Assembly (NCBI GenBank): GCA_035534555.1
Contig: DATLRQ010000163.1
Location: 19,446-83,445, forward strand
From: Candidatus Micrarchaeaceae archaeon
GTDB taxonomy: Bacteria; Chloroflexota; Dormibacteria; Dormibacterales; Dormibacteraceae
Length of the DNA: 64,000 nt
Direction: 5' to 3'
Shown here: positions 19,167 to 27,530 of the stretch, piece by piece
Layout: each line of letters starts with the position of its first letter
How positions within the stretch are numbered: position 1 is the first letter of the stretch
Made by a program: the position numbers and the translations under genes
Notes under the pieces: model-generated
Seen by the model: the letters and a program-made list of their open reading frames with translations, nothing else
Databases searched by the model: none
What the model was told of the DNA's origin: nothing

Positions 19167-22100
19167 CTAGCTGCAGCCGGTGGTGGCTCCGCAGTTCAGG
19201 CACTTGTAGCACGAGCCTGAGCGCACTGTGATCGCGCCGCAGTCCGGGCACGCCGGGGCGTCCGTGTTAACGAACGCGATTCGCTGCACTGTGCCGCCGC
19301 CGTTGGTCACCGGCGAGGCGATGACCTTCAGCTCGGTCGCCATCTGCGTCTCCTTGCCCGAAGGCACCGGCGCCGAGGGTGGGCTGGGTTCGGTGTGCGG
19401 CGCCGGCTCACGCCGGATGATGCCCACCTCGTCCTGCGCGTCGAGCGGCAGGAAGTGGCTCGCCATCCACCTGAAGATGTAGTCGACGATCGATTTCGCG
19501 ATCGGGATTTCTTTGTTCTTGGTGAAGCCGGAGGGCTCGAAACGCATGTGGCTGAACTTGTCGACCATGAACTTCACGGGCACCCCGAACTGGAGCGCGT
19601 ATGAGGTCTGGGTGGCGAACGCGTCCATCAGGCCCGAGATCGTCGAGCCCTCCTTGGCCATGGTCACGAACAGCTCGCCCGGGGTGCCGTCCTCGAAGAG
19701 GCCGACCGTCAGGTAGCCCTCGTGGCCCTGGATGTCGAACTTGTGGGTGACGGCCTTGCGCTCGTCGGGCAGCTTGCGCCGCATCGCGCGGTACTCGACC
19801 TCGACCGGCGCTTTCTTCTCCTTATCCATGGAGGTGGACAGGGGTTGCGAGCGCTTGCAGCCATCGCGATAGATCGCGATGCACTTGAGGCCGAGCTTCC
19901 AAGACTCGAAGTAGGTCTGCTCGATGTCTTCCACCGTGGCGTCTGTGGGGAGGTTCACGGTCTTGGACATCGAGCCTGAGATGAACGGCTGCACGCCGGC
20001 CATCATCCGCACGTGTCCCATCGGAGCGATCGAGCGCGTGCCGTTGACCGGCTTGAATGCGCAATCGAAGACCTTAAGGTGCTCCTCAGCCAGGTGTGGC
20101 GCGCCTTCGATGGTGTCGTTCTCGTCGATGTAGATGACGATCTCCTTCACCTGGTGCTCGTCGTAGCCGAGCTTGCGCAGCGCGGCAGGCACCGTCCCGT
20201 TCACGATCTTCAGCAGGCCGCCGCCGACGAGCTTCTTGTACTTGACCAACGCGAGGTCGGGCTCGATCCCGGTGGTATCACAATCCATCATCAGGCCGAT
20301 GGTGTTGTGGCTTACGAACCCGTTAGCGACATAGGTGACGTTTTCGGGGACCGAGAGGTCGTACGTGAGCTGCTCTTCGCCGAGCTCGGCCTTCTCGACC
20401 GAGTCGTAGAAGAAGCTGAGCATCTGCTTCAGCTCTACGCTGTCGGTCCGCTCGAGTAGCTCGGTGGCGGATCGCCGTGAGACAGCGCCATGACGCCGGA
20501 TCGACATCATTAGGACCTTTCGCAATCGGTCGTTATCCGGCGCGAGCTCGTCCACCATCGCCTGCGACAGTGGGATGTGGTCGTAGCGGGCAGCCTGTGC
20601 ATGATCAGCAGGTGCCACCAAAGCCTGCTTCCGGCCCGAAACAAACCCGACGGTCTGTCCGAAGAGCCCCGATACCGACTGGTTGAGCAACCGCAGAACG
20701 TACTTCGGCGAGTTTCCCCAGCTTCCATCCGGCCGGTCCACCTTGCGGGTGGTGACAAAGCCGAGGGCCAGTAGGATCGCCTGCACGTCGCGGCTGAACT
20801 GCTCGGTGACAGTTGTGAATGAAACGTAGCCGGACGAGACAGTGCCGTCAGCCTCGAACAATCCGCGCACAAACGAGCTGTAGACGGCCGGGTCGTTGGT
20901 GTGTAGCACGGCATCGGGGATGCGAGCCAGGTAACCCTTCCCATGGTGCTCGGCTGACGGTGGTCGCTTGGCGAATCCACAAGCCTCCCACCAGAGCACG
21001 AGCCGGACAGAGTTGAATGCCACTTCCGTGTAGCCCGTTTTCTCTGTGACTGCCGCCTTGAGGCCGAAGAGAGACTCGCCCAATTTGGTGAGGTGTTCGA
21101 CCACATCGCGGTCCGTGGCCGTGACGGAAAGGCGAATGCCCTTGGCGTGCAGCGAGCCATCGCCCATGAAGTAGCCGATGAACTCAGCCAGGTCGGATGT
21201 CATCCGCCGAGGTACGAACGTGCGGTGATCCGATGTCCAGTGAGCGACAGGGAGTGGGGGCAGCTGCACTTCGGTGGGTTCGCCCACCATGCCGCCGAGC
21301 ATCATCGGGACTCGGTCGCCGGCATGAATGTCGCTCAGACGACGCCAGCTCCACTGGCCATCGGAGTCAACAACCTTGATGCGATGAGTCGTCGTGCCTT
21401 GAATCCGGTAGCCGCGGGTCGTTTCAACGGTGACGACAGGCTCCGCGCCGTTTACGAAGAACTTGGTCGCCTTTCGTGGTCCTTGGTCGGTAGCTACTTC
21501 GGTGTTCAATGCCTGCCACTTGTCGCCATCCGGGTCGCCCAAACCGCTCAGCCTGACGAGGCCGCGATCGGTGAGAACCAACGAGTCGCCCACCAGACAA
21601 CCGGTCGGCGCGAGAACCGTGGCCTGCGCGTTGCGGTAGCCATGCGCACGGCCGAGCTTGACCGCGTTGTCCCACGTGTCGCGTGCCGAATCCACCACGT
21701 CCGCCAACTCTGGCGACGTGTTGAGCTGGTGCGCCGCCTGGCGATGCATCTCCATGACCCGCAGCATCGGCTCGCGGTTCTTGGCGAACTCGCTGAACGG
21801 TCCTTTGACCTGCGCCATGCGCGCGGACTGGGCGAATGCCTCACCGGTCATGATCGCTGTCACCGCGCCGGCGAAGCGCGAGCCTTCGGGGGAGTCGTAC
21901 GCGAGGCCCATCGACATGAGCAGCGCACCGAGGTTGGCGTAGCCGAGACCCAAGGGCCGAAGCGCCTCGGAGTTCTTGGCGATCGCGGGAGTGGGGTAGG
22001 AGGCGTTGGAAACGAGGATCTCCTGGCCCGTGAAGCAGATGTCGACGGCGCGCTTGAATCGGTCGACGTTGAACGTGCCGTCCTCCGACTGGAACTTCAT

Positions 22101-23273
22101 CAAGTTAAGAGATAACAAGTTGCATGCGGTGTCATCAAGAAAAACGAATTCACTACAAGGGTTAGTAGCATTTATTCTATCAGTGCTACTAACACAATTC
22201 CAGTCCTGAATGGTGGTATCAAATTGGAGTCCAGGGTCTCCGCAGATCCACGCCGCGTCGGCGATCTCGCGCCACAGCTTGCGGGCTTTAAAGGTGTCGA
22301 CGGTGCGGCCGCCGACGATGGCCTTGGTCTCCCAGTCCTTGTCCTTCTCGACCGCGTTCATGAACTCGTCGCTCACGCGCACCGAGTGATTGGCGTTCTG
22401 GAATTGGACCGAGTCGTACGCGCCGCCCGGCACGTTGAACCCAACGTTGTAGCCGGCTTCGATAAGCGCCCATGCCTTCTTCTCCTCTTCCGCCTTGCAG
22501 CGGATGAAGTCGAGGACGTCAGGGTGATCGGCGTTGAGGATGACCATCTTGGCCGCGCGCCGCGTGGTGCCGCCGGACTTGATCGAGCCCGCGAACGAGT
22601 CGTAGCCCTTCATGAAGGAGACGGGACCCGAGGCGGTGCCGCCGCCCGAGAGCTGCTCCTTCGACGACCGCAGCACCGAGAGGTTGGTGCCCGTGCCGCT
22701 GCCGAACTTGAACAGCATGCCTTCGGTCTTGACCAGGTCCAGGATCGACTCCATCGAGTCCTGCACCGAGTTGATGAAGCAGGCCGAGCCCTGCTGCGAG
22801 CGGCCGGGCACGCCGATGTTGAACCAGACCGGGCTGTTGAACGACGCCTGCTGGGTGACCAGGAGGAATCGGAGCTCCTCCGCCCAGTTCTCGGCATCCT
22901 CTTCGCCGGCGAAGTAGCCGCCCTCGCGGCCCCACTTCGCGAGCGTGTCGACGACCCGGTCGATGATCTGGCGGACGCTGGTCTCGCGCTCAGGGCTGTC
23001 GGCACTGCCGCGGAAGTACTTCTGTGCGACCACGTTGATCGCCAGCTGCGACCACGAGCGGGGGACCTCGACATCCTTTTGCTCGAAGATGACCTGGCCC
23101 TTCTCGCCGGTGATCCCCGCGGTGCGCCGCTCCCACTCGATCAGGTCGTAGGCGTGGCTGCCCGGAGGCGTGAAGAAACGCTCGAAGCGGAGCCCGGGCA
23201 CTTTCCCTGATTGTGCGCCCTTGTGGTTGCCGTTACGGCGGGCTGCGGCGAGGTCGGCTACATTCTTGGCCAT
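19167..23273 (-). CDS. nrdJ: class II (adenosylcobalamin-dependent) ribonucleotide reductase, intein-containing precursor
   Basis: 1368-aa ORF with the active-site region INATNPCSEFVFLDDTACNLLSLNLMKF. APTG/TIGLMMDCDTTGIEP is split by an intein. C-terminal Cys4 zinc finger CPDCG...CYKCLNCG. Confidence 0.95.
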   Translation of the reverse strand: MAKNVADLAAARRNGNHKGAQSGKVPGLRFERFFTPPGSHAYDLIEWERRTAGITGEKGQVIFEQKDVEVPRSWSQLAINVVAQKYFRGSADSPERETSVRQIIDRVVDTLAKWGREGGYFAGEEDAENWAEELRFLLVTQQASFNSPVWFNIGVPGRSQQGSACFINSVQDSMESILDLVKTEGMLFKFGSGTGTNLSVLRSSKEQLSGGGTASGPVSFMKGYDSFAGSIKSGGTTRRAAKMVILNADHPDVLDFIRCKAEEEKKAWALIEAGYNVGFNVPGGAYDSVQFQNANHSVRVSDEFMNAVEKDKDWETKAIVGGRTVDTFKARKLWREIADAAWICGDPGLQFDTTIQDWNCVSSTDRINATNPCSEFVFLDDTACNLLSLNLMKFQSEDGTFNVDRFKRAVDICFTGQEILVSNASYPTPAIAKNSEALRPLGLGYANLGALLMSMGLAYDSPEGSRFAGAVTAIMTGEAFAQSARMAQVKGPFSEFAKNREPMLRVMEMHRQAAHQLNTSPELADVVDSARDTWDNAVKLGRAHGYRNAQATVLAPTGCLVGDSLVLTDRGLVRLSGLGDPDGDKWQALNTEVATDQGPRKATKFFVNGAEPVVTVETTRGYRIQGTTTHRIKVVDSDGQWSWRRLSDIHAGDRVPMMLGGMVGEPTEVQLPPLPVAHWTSDHRTFVPRRMTSDLAEFIGYFMGDGSLHAKGIRLSVTATDRDVVEHLTKLGESLFGLKAAVTEKTGYTEVAFNSVRLVLWWEACGFAKRPPSAEHHGKGYLARIPDAVLHTNDPAVYSSFVRGLFEADGTVSSGYVSFTTVTEQFSRDVQAILLALGFVTTRKVDRPDGSWGNSPKYVLRLLNQSVSGLFGQTVGFVSGRKQALVAPADHAQAARYDHIPLSQAMVDELAPDNDRLRKVLMMSIRRHGAVSRRSATELLERTDSVELKQMLSFFYDSVEKAELGEEQLTYDLSVPENVTYVANGFVSHNTIGLMMDCDTTGIEPDLALVKYKKLVGGGLLKIVNGTVPAALRKLGYDEHQVKEIVIYIDENDTIEGAPHLAEEHLKVFDCAFKPVNGTRSIAPMGHVRMMAGVQPFISGSMSKTVNLPTDATVEDIEQTYFESWKLGLKCIAIYRDGCKRSQPLSTSMDKEKKAPVEVEYRAMRRKLPDERKAVTHKFDIQGHEGYLTVGLFEDGTPGELFVTMAKEGSTISGLMDAFATQTSYALQFGVPVKFMVDKFSHMRFEPSGFTKNKEIPIAKSIVDYIFRWMASHFLPLDAQDEVGIIRREPAPHTEPSPPSAPVPSGKETQMATELKVIASPVTNGGGTVQRIAFVNTDAPACPDCGAITVRSGSCYKCLNCGATTGCS
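20304..21599 (-). mobile_element. 432-aa intein with a LAGLIDADG homing-endonuclease domain inserted in nrdJ
   Basis: Starts at Cys1 (CLVGDSLVLTDRG). Block B is GTTTHRIKV. Two LAGLIDADG motifs (LAEFIGYFMGDGSL, FVRGLFEADGTV). Ends FVSHN, followed by +1 Thr. Confidence 0.9.
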
Positions 23274-23442
23274 TTTTAGCGAACGCCTCCTTAATTCATC
23301 CCCGATGCGGGTGCTTTCAAATCGTTTGCTGGATCGTCTGGTGCGACGTCTGCTGGGTCGTGGAATTCATGAGTTTGGGGATGCAAGAGGCCCCAGAGCA
23401 TGCCCGCCACTTATGCCCCAGGGCCTCGATGTAACGAACCGA

Positions 23443-23472
23443 ATATTACGCGCAGGCTTTTCAGCTTGTCAA
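23443..23472 (-). promoter_or_regulatory. candidate sigma-70-type promoter for nrdJ
   Basis: On the minus strand: TTGACA, an 18-nt spacer, then TAATAT. It lies ~165 nt upstream of the nrdJ ATG, and GGAGG sits ~11-15 nt before the ATG. Confidence 0.4.
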
Positions 23473-23605
23473 GCCCCAAAACACAAGATGTTTGGTGTCA
23501 CCTGGCCTCCGAGCCCCACATGTAGGTGGATTACCTGTGCATAACCCTGGTGACGGGAGGCGCACAGCTTGGGCATTGGCTGGGGAAAACCGGGCAAAAC
23601 TGGCT

Positions 23606-24649
23606 CTACGGGTTGGTATCGACTAAAGCGAGGCCCAGCTCCGAATACGTGGCCTGGCCGCGCCCGCCCGGCTCTGTGGAAATCTCCCCGTTGCCGGTGT
23701 CTGAGACCTGGACGCTCTGGGCCGAGGCCCGGATCCTGGCCGAGACCTGCTTGCCCTCCCCGTAGGCGTTCTGGAGCATGGTCACGGCCCGCTGGAGCTT
23801 GTTCTCGAGCACGCTCTCAAGGGTGTCCAGGTGCCGCTCAACGTCGATCAGGGCCGACTGCAGCTTCTCCATGTCCACGCTGCGGGCGAACTGCAGGTGC
23901 AGCTGGTAGAGGGTCAGGAGGTAGGGGAGGGCCATCGCGTAGCCGACCACCATCACGTGCCGCTGGTGGGCGCCGACGATGGCGCCGCGGCACACGTCGT
24001 AGGCCGCGTCCGGGATGACCGCCAGCACGAACGGGGAGGTCGTCGCCGGATCGATGTACTGGCTGACCTCGCGCACCCTTCGCTCCACCTCGCGCTCCAC
24101 CTGGGCGGTGAGCTGCGCCCGGCGTGGCGCGTCCAGTCCCGGCTCCGCCAGCTGCTCGAGAGCGTTGCTGGACACCCACTTCGAGTCGATGGGCAGGAGC
24201 TTGCCGCCGGGCAACCGGAGCGCCAGCTCGACCACCTTGCCACCCACCCAGACATTGCGCTGCAGCATCTCGGGCGGGAGCGCCTTGAGGGTCTCCTCGA
24301 GGATGTTCTCGCCCGCGGCGCCCCGGGTGGAGCTGCCGGCGATGACGCTCTCGAGACGCCTCAAGCTGGCTCGGGCCTCGTCCTCGACCGGCTGCCGGGC
24401 GGTGATGGCCGAACGCAGGCCCTCCACCACCGACTGCGTCTGCGTGAGCCGTTCCCGCAGCTCGGCCGCCTGGGACTCTTGCGTCTGGCCGCCCGACTCG
24501 AGGCGCATGCGCAGCTCCGCGACGTCGCGGACCTGCCCGTCGGCACGTCTGACCAGGCTCCAGACCAGCGCGGCGACGACGCCGATGGCAAGCAACACAC
24601 ATACAAGGAGGAGGGCGAACAAGAGTTCGAGCAGCGACATGTTGGGCAT
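23606..24649 (-). CDS. rmuC: DNA recombination protein RmuC
   Basis: N-terminal TM anchor, a long coiled coil, then the RmuC nuclease-like C-terminal region (LPGGKLLPIDSKW...VLAVIPDAAY). Start could be ATG 24649 or 24640. Confidence 0.8.
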   Translation of the reverse strand: MPNMSLLELLFALLLVCVLLAIGVVAALVWSLVRRADGQVRDVAELRMRLESGGQTQESQAAELRERLTQTQSVVEGLRSAITARQPVEDEARASLRRLESVIAGSSTRGAAGENILEETLKALPPEMLQRNVWVGGKVVELALRLPGGKLLPIDSKWVSSNALEQLAEPGLDAPRRAQLTAQVEREVERRVREVSQYIDPATTSPFVLAVIPDAAYDVCRGAIVGAHQRHVMVVGYAMALPYLLTLYQLHLQFARSVDMEKLQSALIDVERHLDTLESVLENKLQRAVTMLQNAYGEGKQVSARIRASAQSVQVSDTGNGEISTEPGGRGQATYSELGLALVDTNP

Positions 24650-24695
24650 TGTAGTCCGGGAAGTGGGTATAAACAAGCCTGTTAACCTGACTTGA

Positions 24696-25169
24696 ATGGC
24701 ACGCCCCGAACCGTTGACCGAGAACCAGCCGGCGCCTGACCGAATCCCGCTCGAAGAGGTCTACATGCGCATGGCCGAAGAGCTGGCGAAGCGGTCGACC
24801 TGCGCCCGCCTGCAGGTGGGCAGCGTCATCACCTCTGGCGACCTGACGCAGGTCCTGGGGATCGGCTACAACGGCAACGCCCGCGGCCTGCCGAACCGCT
24901 GCGACTCGACCCAGCCGGGCTCGTGTGGCTGCATCCACGGCGAGCTGAACAGCCTGGTCAAGGCCGGCGCCCAGCTGCCCGGCAAGCTGATGTTCGTCAC
25001 CGCTTCGCCGTGCGTCATGTGCGCCAAGTCGATCATCAACTGCAACGTGGCGCGGGTGTACTACCGCGACGCGTACCGCGATCCGGCCGGCCTCGACGTG
25101 CTTCGCCAGGGTGGGGTCGAGGTCGAGCGCTACGACCAGTGGCGCGACCGCTGGCGAGAGACGCGCTAA
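24696..25169 (+). CDS. dCMP (deoxycytidylate) deaminase, ComEB-type
   Basis: 157 aa with zinc motifs CIHGELN and PCVMCAKSII. Confidence 0.85.
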   Translation: MARPEPLTENQPAPDRIPLEEVYMRMAEELAKRSTCARLQVGSVITSGDLTQVLGIGYNGNARGLPNRCDSTQPGSCGCIHGELNSLVKAGAQLPGKLMFVTASPCVMCAKSIINCNVARVYYRDAYRDPAGLDVLRQGGVEVERYDQWRDRWRETR

Positions 25170-25939
25170 CGCACGATCTCCCAGCCGTTGTCGGTCTGGA
25201 CCATCCGGGGCTCGATGGTTGGGATGTTGCCGAGCTGACGGGCCCGGGAGAGGAGCTTCGCCGAATCCCGGTCGGAGGCCACTGACTCCAGCACGGCTCG
25301 CGTCGCATAAACCAGCGTCAGATCCCGGCTCGCCAGCGCCTCCGGCGGTTCGATCCACAGCCAATCCGTCACTTCTCCTGCCTGCGGGCTGATGACCTGG
25401 TTGGGAGGGAGCTGGGCGAGGAAGAAACGCGCGTCGTATCGCCGCCGAAGCTGGACCGGCGTGACCCACCGGGCGAACATAAGAAGGCGGTCGAACGCCG
25501 GCTCCAGGCCGAGCTCGCCCAGCGCCTCGCCGAACGACCTTCCGTTCTCGATCAGCCGCCGGACTTTCTCCGAGTCGGCCTCGCGAGCAAATCGCTTGCC
25601 GTGGCGCGCCAGCAGAATGCCGACCTCCTCGAACAGCTCTCGGACCGCCGCGGCGCGGATCTCGTCTCCTGATGCCTGGTCGTCTTCGCGCACAGTGCCG
25701 CCTGGAAACACGTAGGCGCCGGGGGCGAAGTCGGCGCCTCCGGGCCGGCGCATCAGCAACAGCTCCCACGGTTCTCGGCCCCGGACGAGCAGCACGGTGG
25801 CCGAGTGACGTGGGGTGACTGGCGGTCCGTCGTTAATAGCGGCGGGCGGCAGCACCTTACTAGGGTATCGAGAAGGCCGCAGGGGCCTGGCGCCTTGGCG
25901 CATTTCTGGAACCAAACGGGCCTTTTGCGCCGCCCGCAC
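25166..25939 (-). CDS. NUDIX hydrolase
   Basis: Nudix box GGTVREDDQASGDEIRAAAVRELFEEVGI. The start is uncertain, with alternative ATGs downstream. Confidence 0.8.
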   Translation of the reverse strand: MRAAQKARLVPEMRQGARPLRPSRYPSKVLPPAAINDGPPVTPRHSATVLLVRGREPWELLLMRRPGGADFAPGAYVFPGGTVREDDQASGDEIRAAAVRELFEEVGILLARHGKRFAREADSEKVRRLIENGRSFGEALGELGLEPAFDRLLMFARWVTPVQLRRRYDARFFLAQLPPNQVISPQAGEVTDWLWIEPPEALASRDLTLVYATRAVLESVASDRDSAKLLSRARQLGNIPTIEPRMVQTDNGWEIVR

Positions 25940-26011
25940 GTGAACGTTGGATCAACACGTGCGGAATGCCTGTCCACGCGCTGACCCTCGGGCGCAAATT
26001 ACGATTCGGAT

Positions 26012-26767
26012 GTGGACCTCGGGATCGCCGGCAAGGTGGCGCTGGTCACCGCCAGCACGCGTGGCATCGGGCTCGGCATTGCGAACGCGCTGGCGGCCGA
26101 GGGCGTGCGGGTGGCGGTCGTAGCGCGCACCGAGGCGGACGTCAAACGAACAGCCGCCGCGATCGGCGGCGCGGGCGTCGTCGCCGACCTGCTCACCGAA
26201 GAGGGCTGCCGCCGCGCCGTTGCGGAAGCCGAGCAATCGCTTGGACCCATCGACATCCTCATCAACAACCTGGGCGTGAGGGCGGGCAGCTCGTGGGCCG
26301 ACACCGGGCCCGGGGAGTTCGAGGCGGCGTTCGCCGGCAACGTCGGCGTCAGCGTGCGGATGACGCAGCTGGCCCTGCCCTCGATGTTGACGCGGGGCTG
26401 GGGGCGCGTGGTCGTCATCTCTTCGGTTTGGGGCCGAGAGTCGGGTGGCGCGCCCGCCTACAACGCGGCCAAGGCGGCGGAGATCAGCTTTGTGACCTCG
26501 CTGGCCCGGGAGGTGGCGGGTAAGGGCGTCACAGTCAACACGATCGCGCCCGGCTCGATCCTTTGGGAAGGCGGAGGTTGGCACCGGCGCCAGCAGGCCG
26601 ACCCCGACGCCATCGCCGATCTCGTCCGCCGAGAGATGCCGCTGGGAAGATTCGGCTCGGTCGAAGAGGTGGCCGGCGTCGTCGCGTTTGTTTGCTCGAA
26701 GCAGGCGAGCCTCGTCAACGGGGCGGCGATCGCCGTCGACGGCGCGCAGTCCCGCTCCAACATCTGA
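26012..26767 (+). CDS. SDR-family oxidoreductase (FabG-like)
   Basis: 251 aa with cofactor motif TASTRGIG, catalytic YNAAKAA and NNLG. Confidence 0.85.
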   Translation: MDLGIAGKVALVTASTRGIGLGIANALAAEGVRVAVVARTEADVKRTAAAIGGAGVVADLLTEEGCRRAVAEAEQSLGPIDILINNLGVRAGSSWADTGPGEFEAAFAGNVGVSVRMTQLALPSMLTRGWGRVVVISSVWGRESGGAPAYNAAKAAEISFVTSLAREVAGKGVTVNTIAPGSILWEGGGWHRRQQADPDAIADLVRREMPLGRFGSVEEVAGVVAFVCSKQASLVNGAAIAVDGAQSRSNI

Positions 26768-26787
26768 AACTCACAGGATTCGGACAC

Positions 26788-27120
26788 ATGCCGCTGGTGA
26801 CCGCGTTCAACCTGCGAGCTGACGATCCGCTGCCCGAGATCGAGGAGGCACTTCGGCAGGCGCTGAGCAGCATGCCCGAGCTCGGCATCAACGACTACGA
26901 GGTCGACCTCGTTCCAGTGCTCAAGCCAGATGGCTTTCACGGCACGGTGACCAGGATCAACGTCGAGCTCTGGGTGAAGCCGGTGCGGACCAAGGCCGCT
27001 CTCCAGGAGCTCGCCACTCGAGTCGCGAAGGCATTCCAGGCCGTCGCCGGCGACCAGAGAAAGGTGAAGGTCGTGATCAAGCCATACGACGTGGAATCAA
27101 GCGGCTGGGTTTCGCTCTGA
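26788..27120 (+). CDS. hypothetical small protein (tautomerase-like Met-Pro start)
   Basis: 110 aa from an internal ATG (MPLVTAFNL...). The upstream part of the ORF is an Arg-rich artefact. The family is a guess only. Confidence 0.4.
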   Translation: MPLVTAFNLRADDPLPEIEEALRQALSSMPELGINDYEVDLVPVLKPDGFHGTVTRINVELWVKPVRTKAALQELATRVAKAFQAVAGDQRKVKVVIKPYDVESSGWVSL

Positions 27121-27121
27121 G

Positions 27122-27526
27122 ATGGTGAGATTCAAGGGCGCGCTCACGCGACGGCGCGTGGTGGCGGAGGTCGCCGCCACGCTCGGCCTCAAGGGCATGC
27201 CGAAGATCAACGCCGTGATCGCCGGCACGCCCTACCGCGGCTCGCTGATGGCGAAGGGCGACGGCACGTACTGCCTGGGCGTGCTCAAGTCGATCCAGGA
27301 GGCCGCGCGCCTCGGTTCGGGAGACTCGATCACCGTCGACCTCGGTCTCGACACCGCACCAGGAACGGTCGAGCTTCCGCACAGCAAGCAGGCGATCGCC
27401 ACGTCGGAGGCGCTGTCCTTCACCAATAAGAACGAAATGGCCCGCTCCCTGGAAGCAGGCAGACGACCGCAGACTCGTGAGCGGAGGCTGGCCCAGGCGG
27501 TAGAGGCCCTGCGCAAAGCGCGCTAG
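27122..27526 (+). CDS. DUF1905 / YdeI-OmpD-associated family protein
   Basis: 134 aa. INAVIAGTPYRGSLMAKGDGTYCLGV...GDSITVDL is DUF1905-like, and the C-terminal RPQTRERRLAQAVEAL is YdeI-like. Confidence 0.55.
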   Translation: MVRFKGALTRRRVVAEVAATLGLKGMPKINAVIAGTPYRGSLMAKGDGTYCLGVLKSIQEAARLGSGDSITVDLGLDTAPGTVELPHSKQAIATSEALSFTNKNEMARSLEAGRRPQTRERRLAQAVEALRKAR

Positions 27527-27530
27527 GCGC

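Noticed and set aside
23481-23529. Canonical paired NrdR boxes upstream of nrdJ
   Set aside because: The palindromes have ACAC/GTGT-like ends but are 18 and 14 nt long rather than 16 nt. Their spacing of ~33 bp centre to centre is off the usual ~31-32 bp. They are kept only as a low-interest observation.
23838-25769. 643-aa ORF spanning rmuC, the dCMP deaminase gene and the NUDIX gene in other frames or strands
   Set aside because: It is extremely Arg/Pro/Gly-rich and overlaps three genes that each have strong family motifs, so it is a GC-driven artefact.
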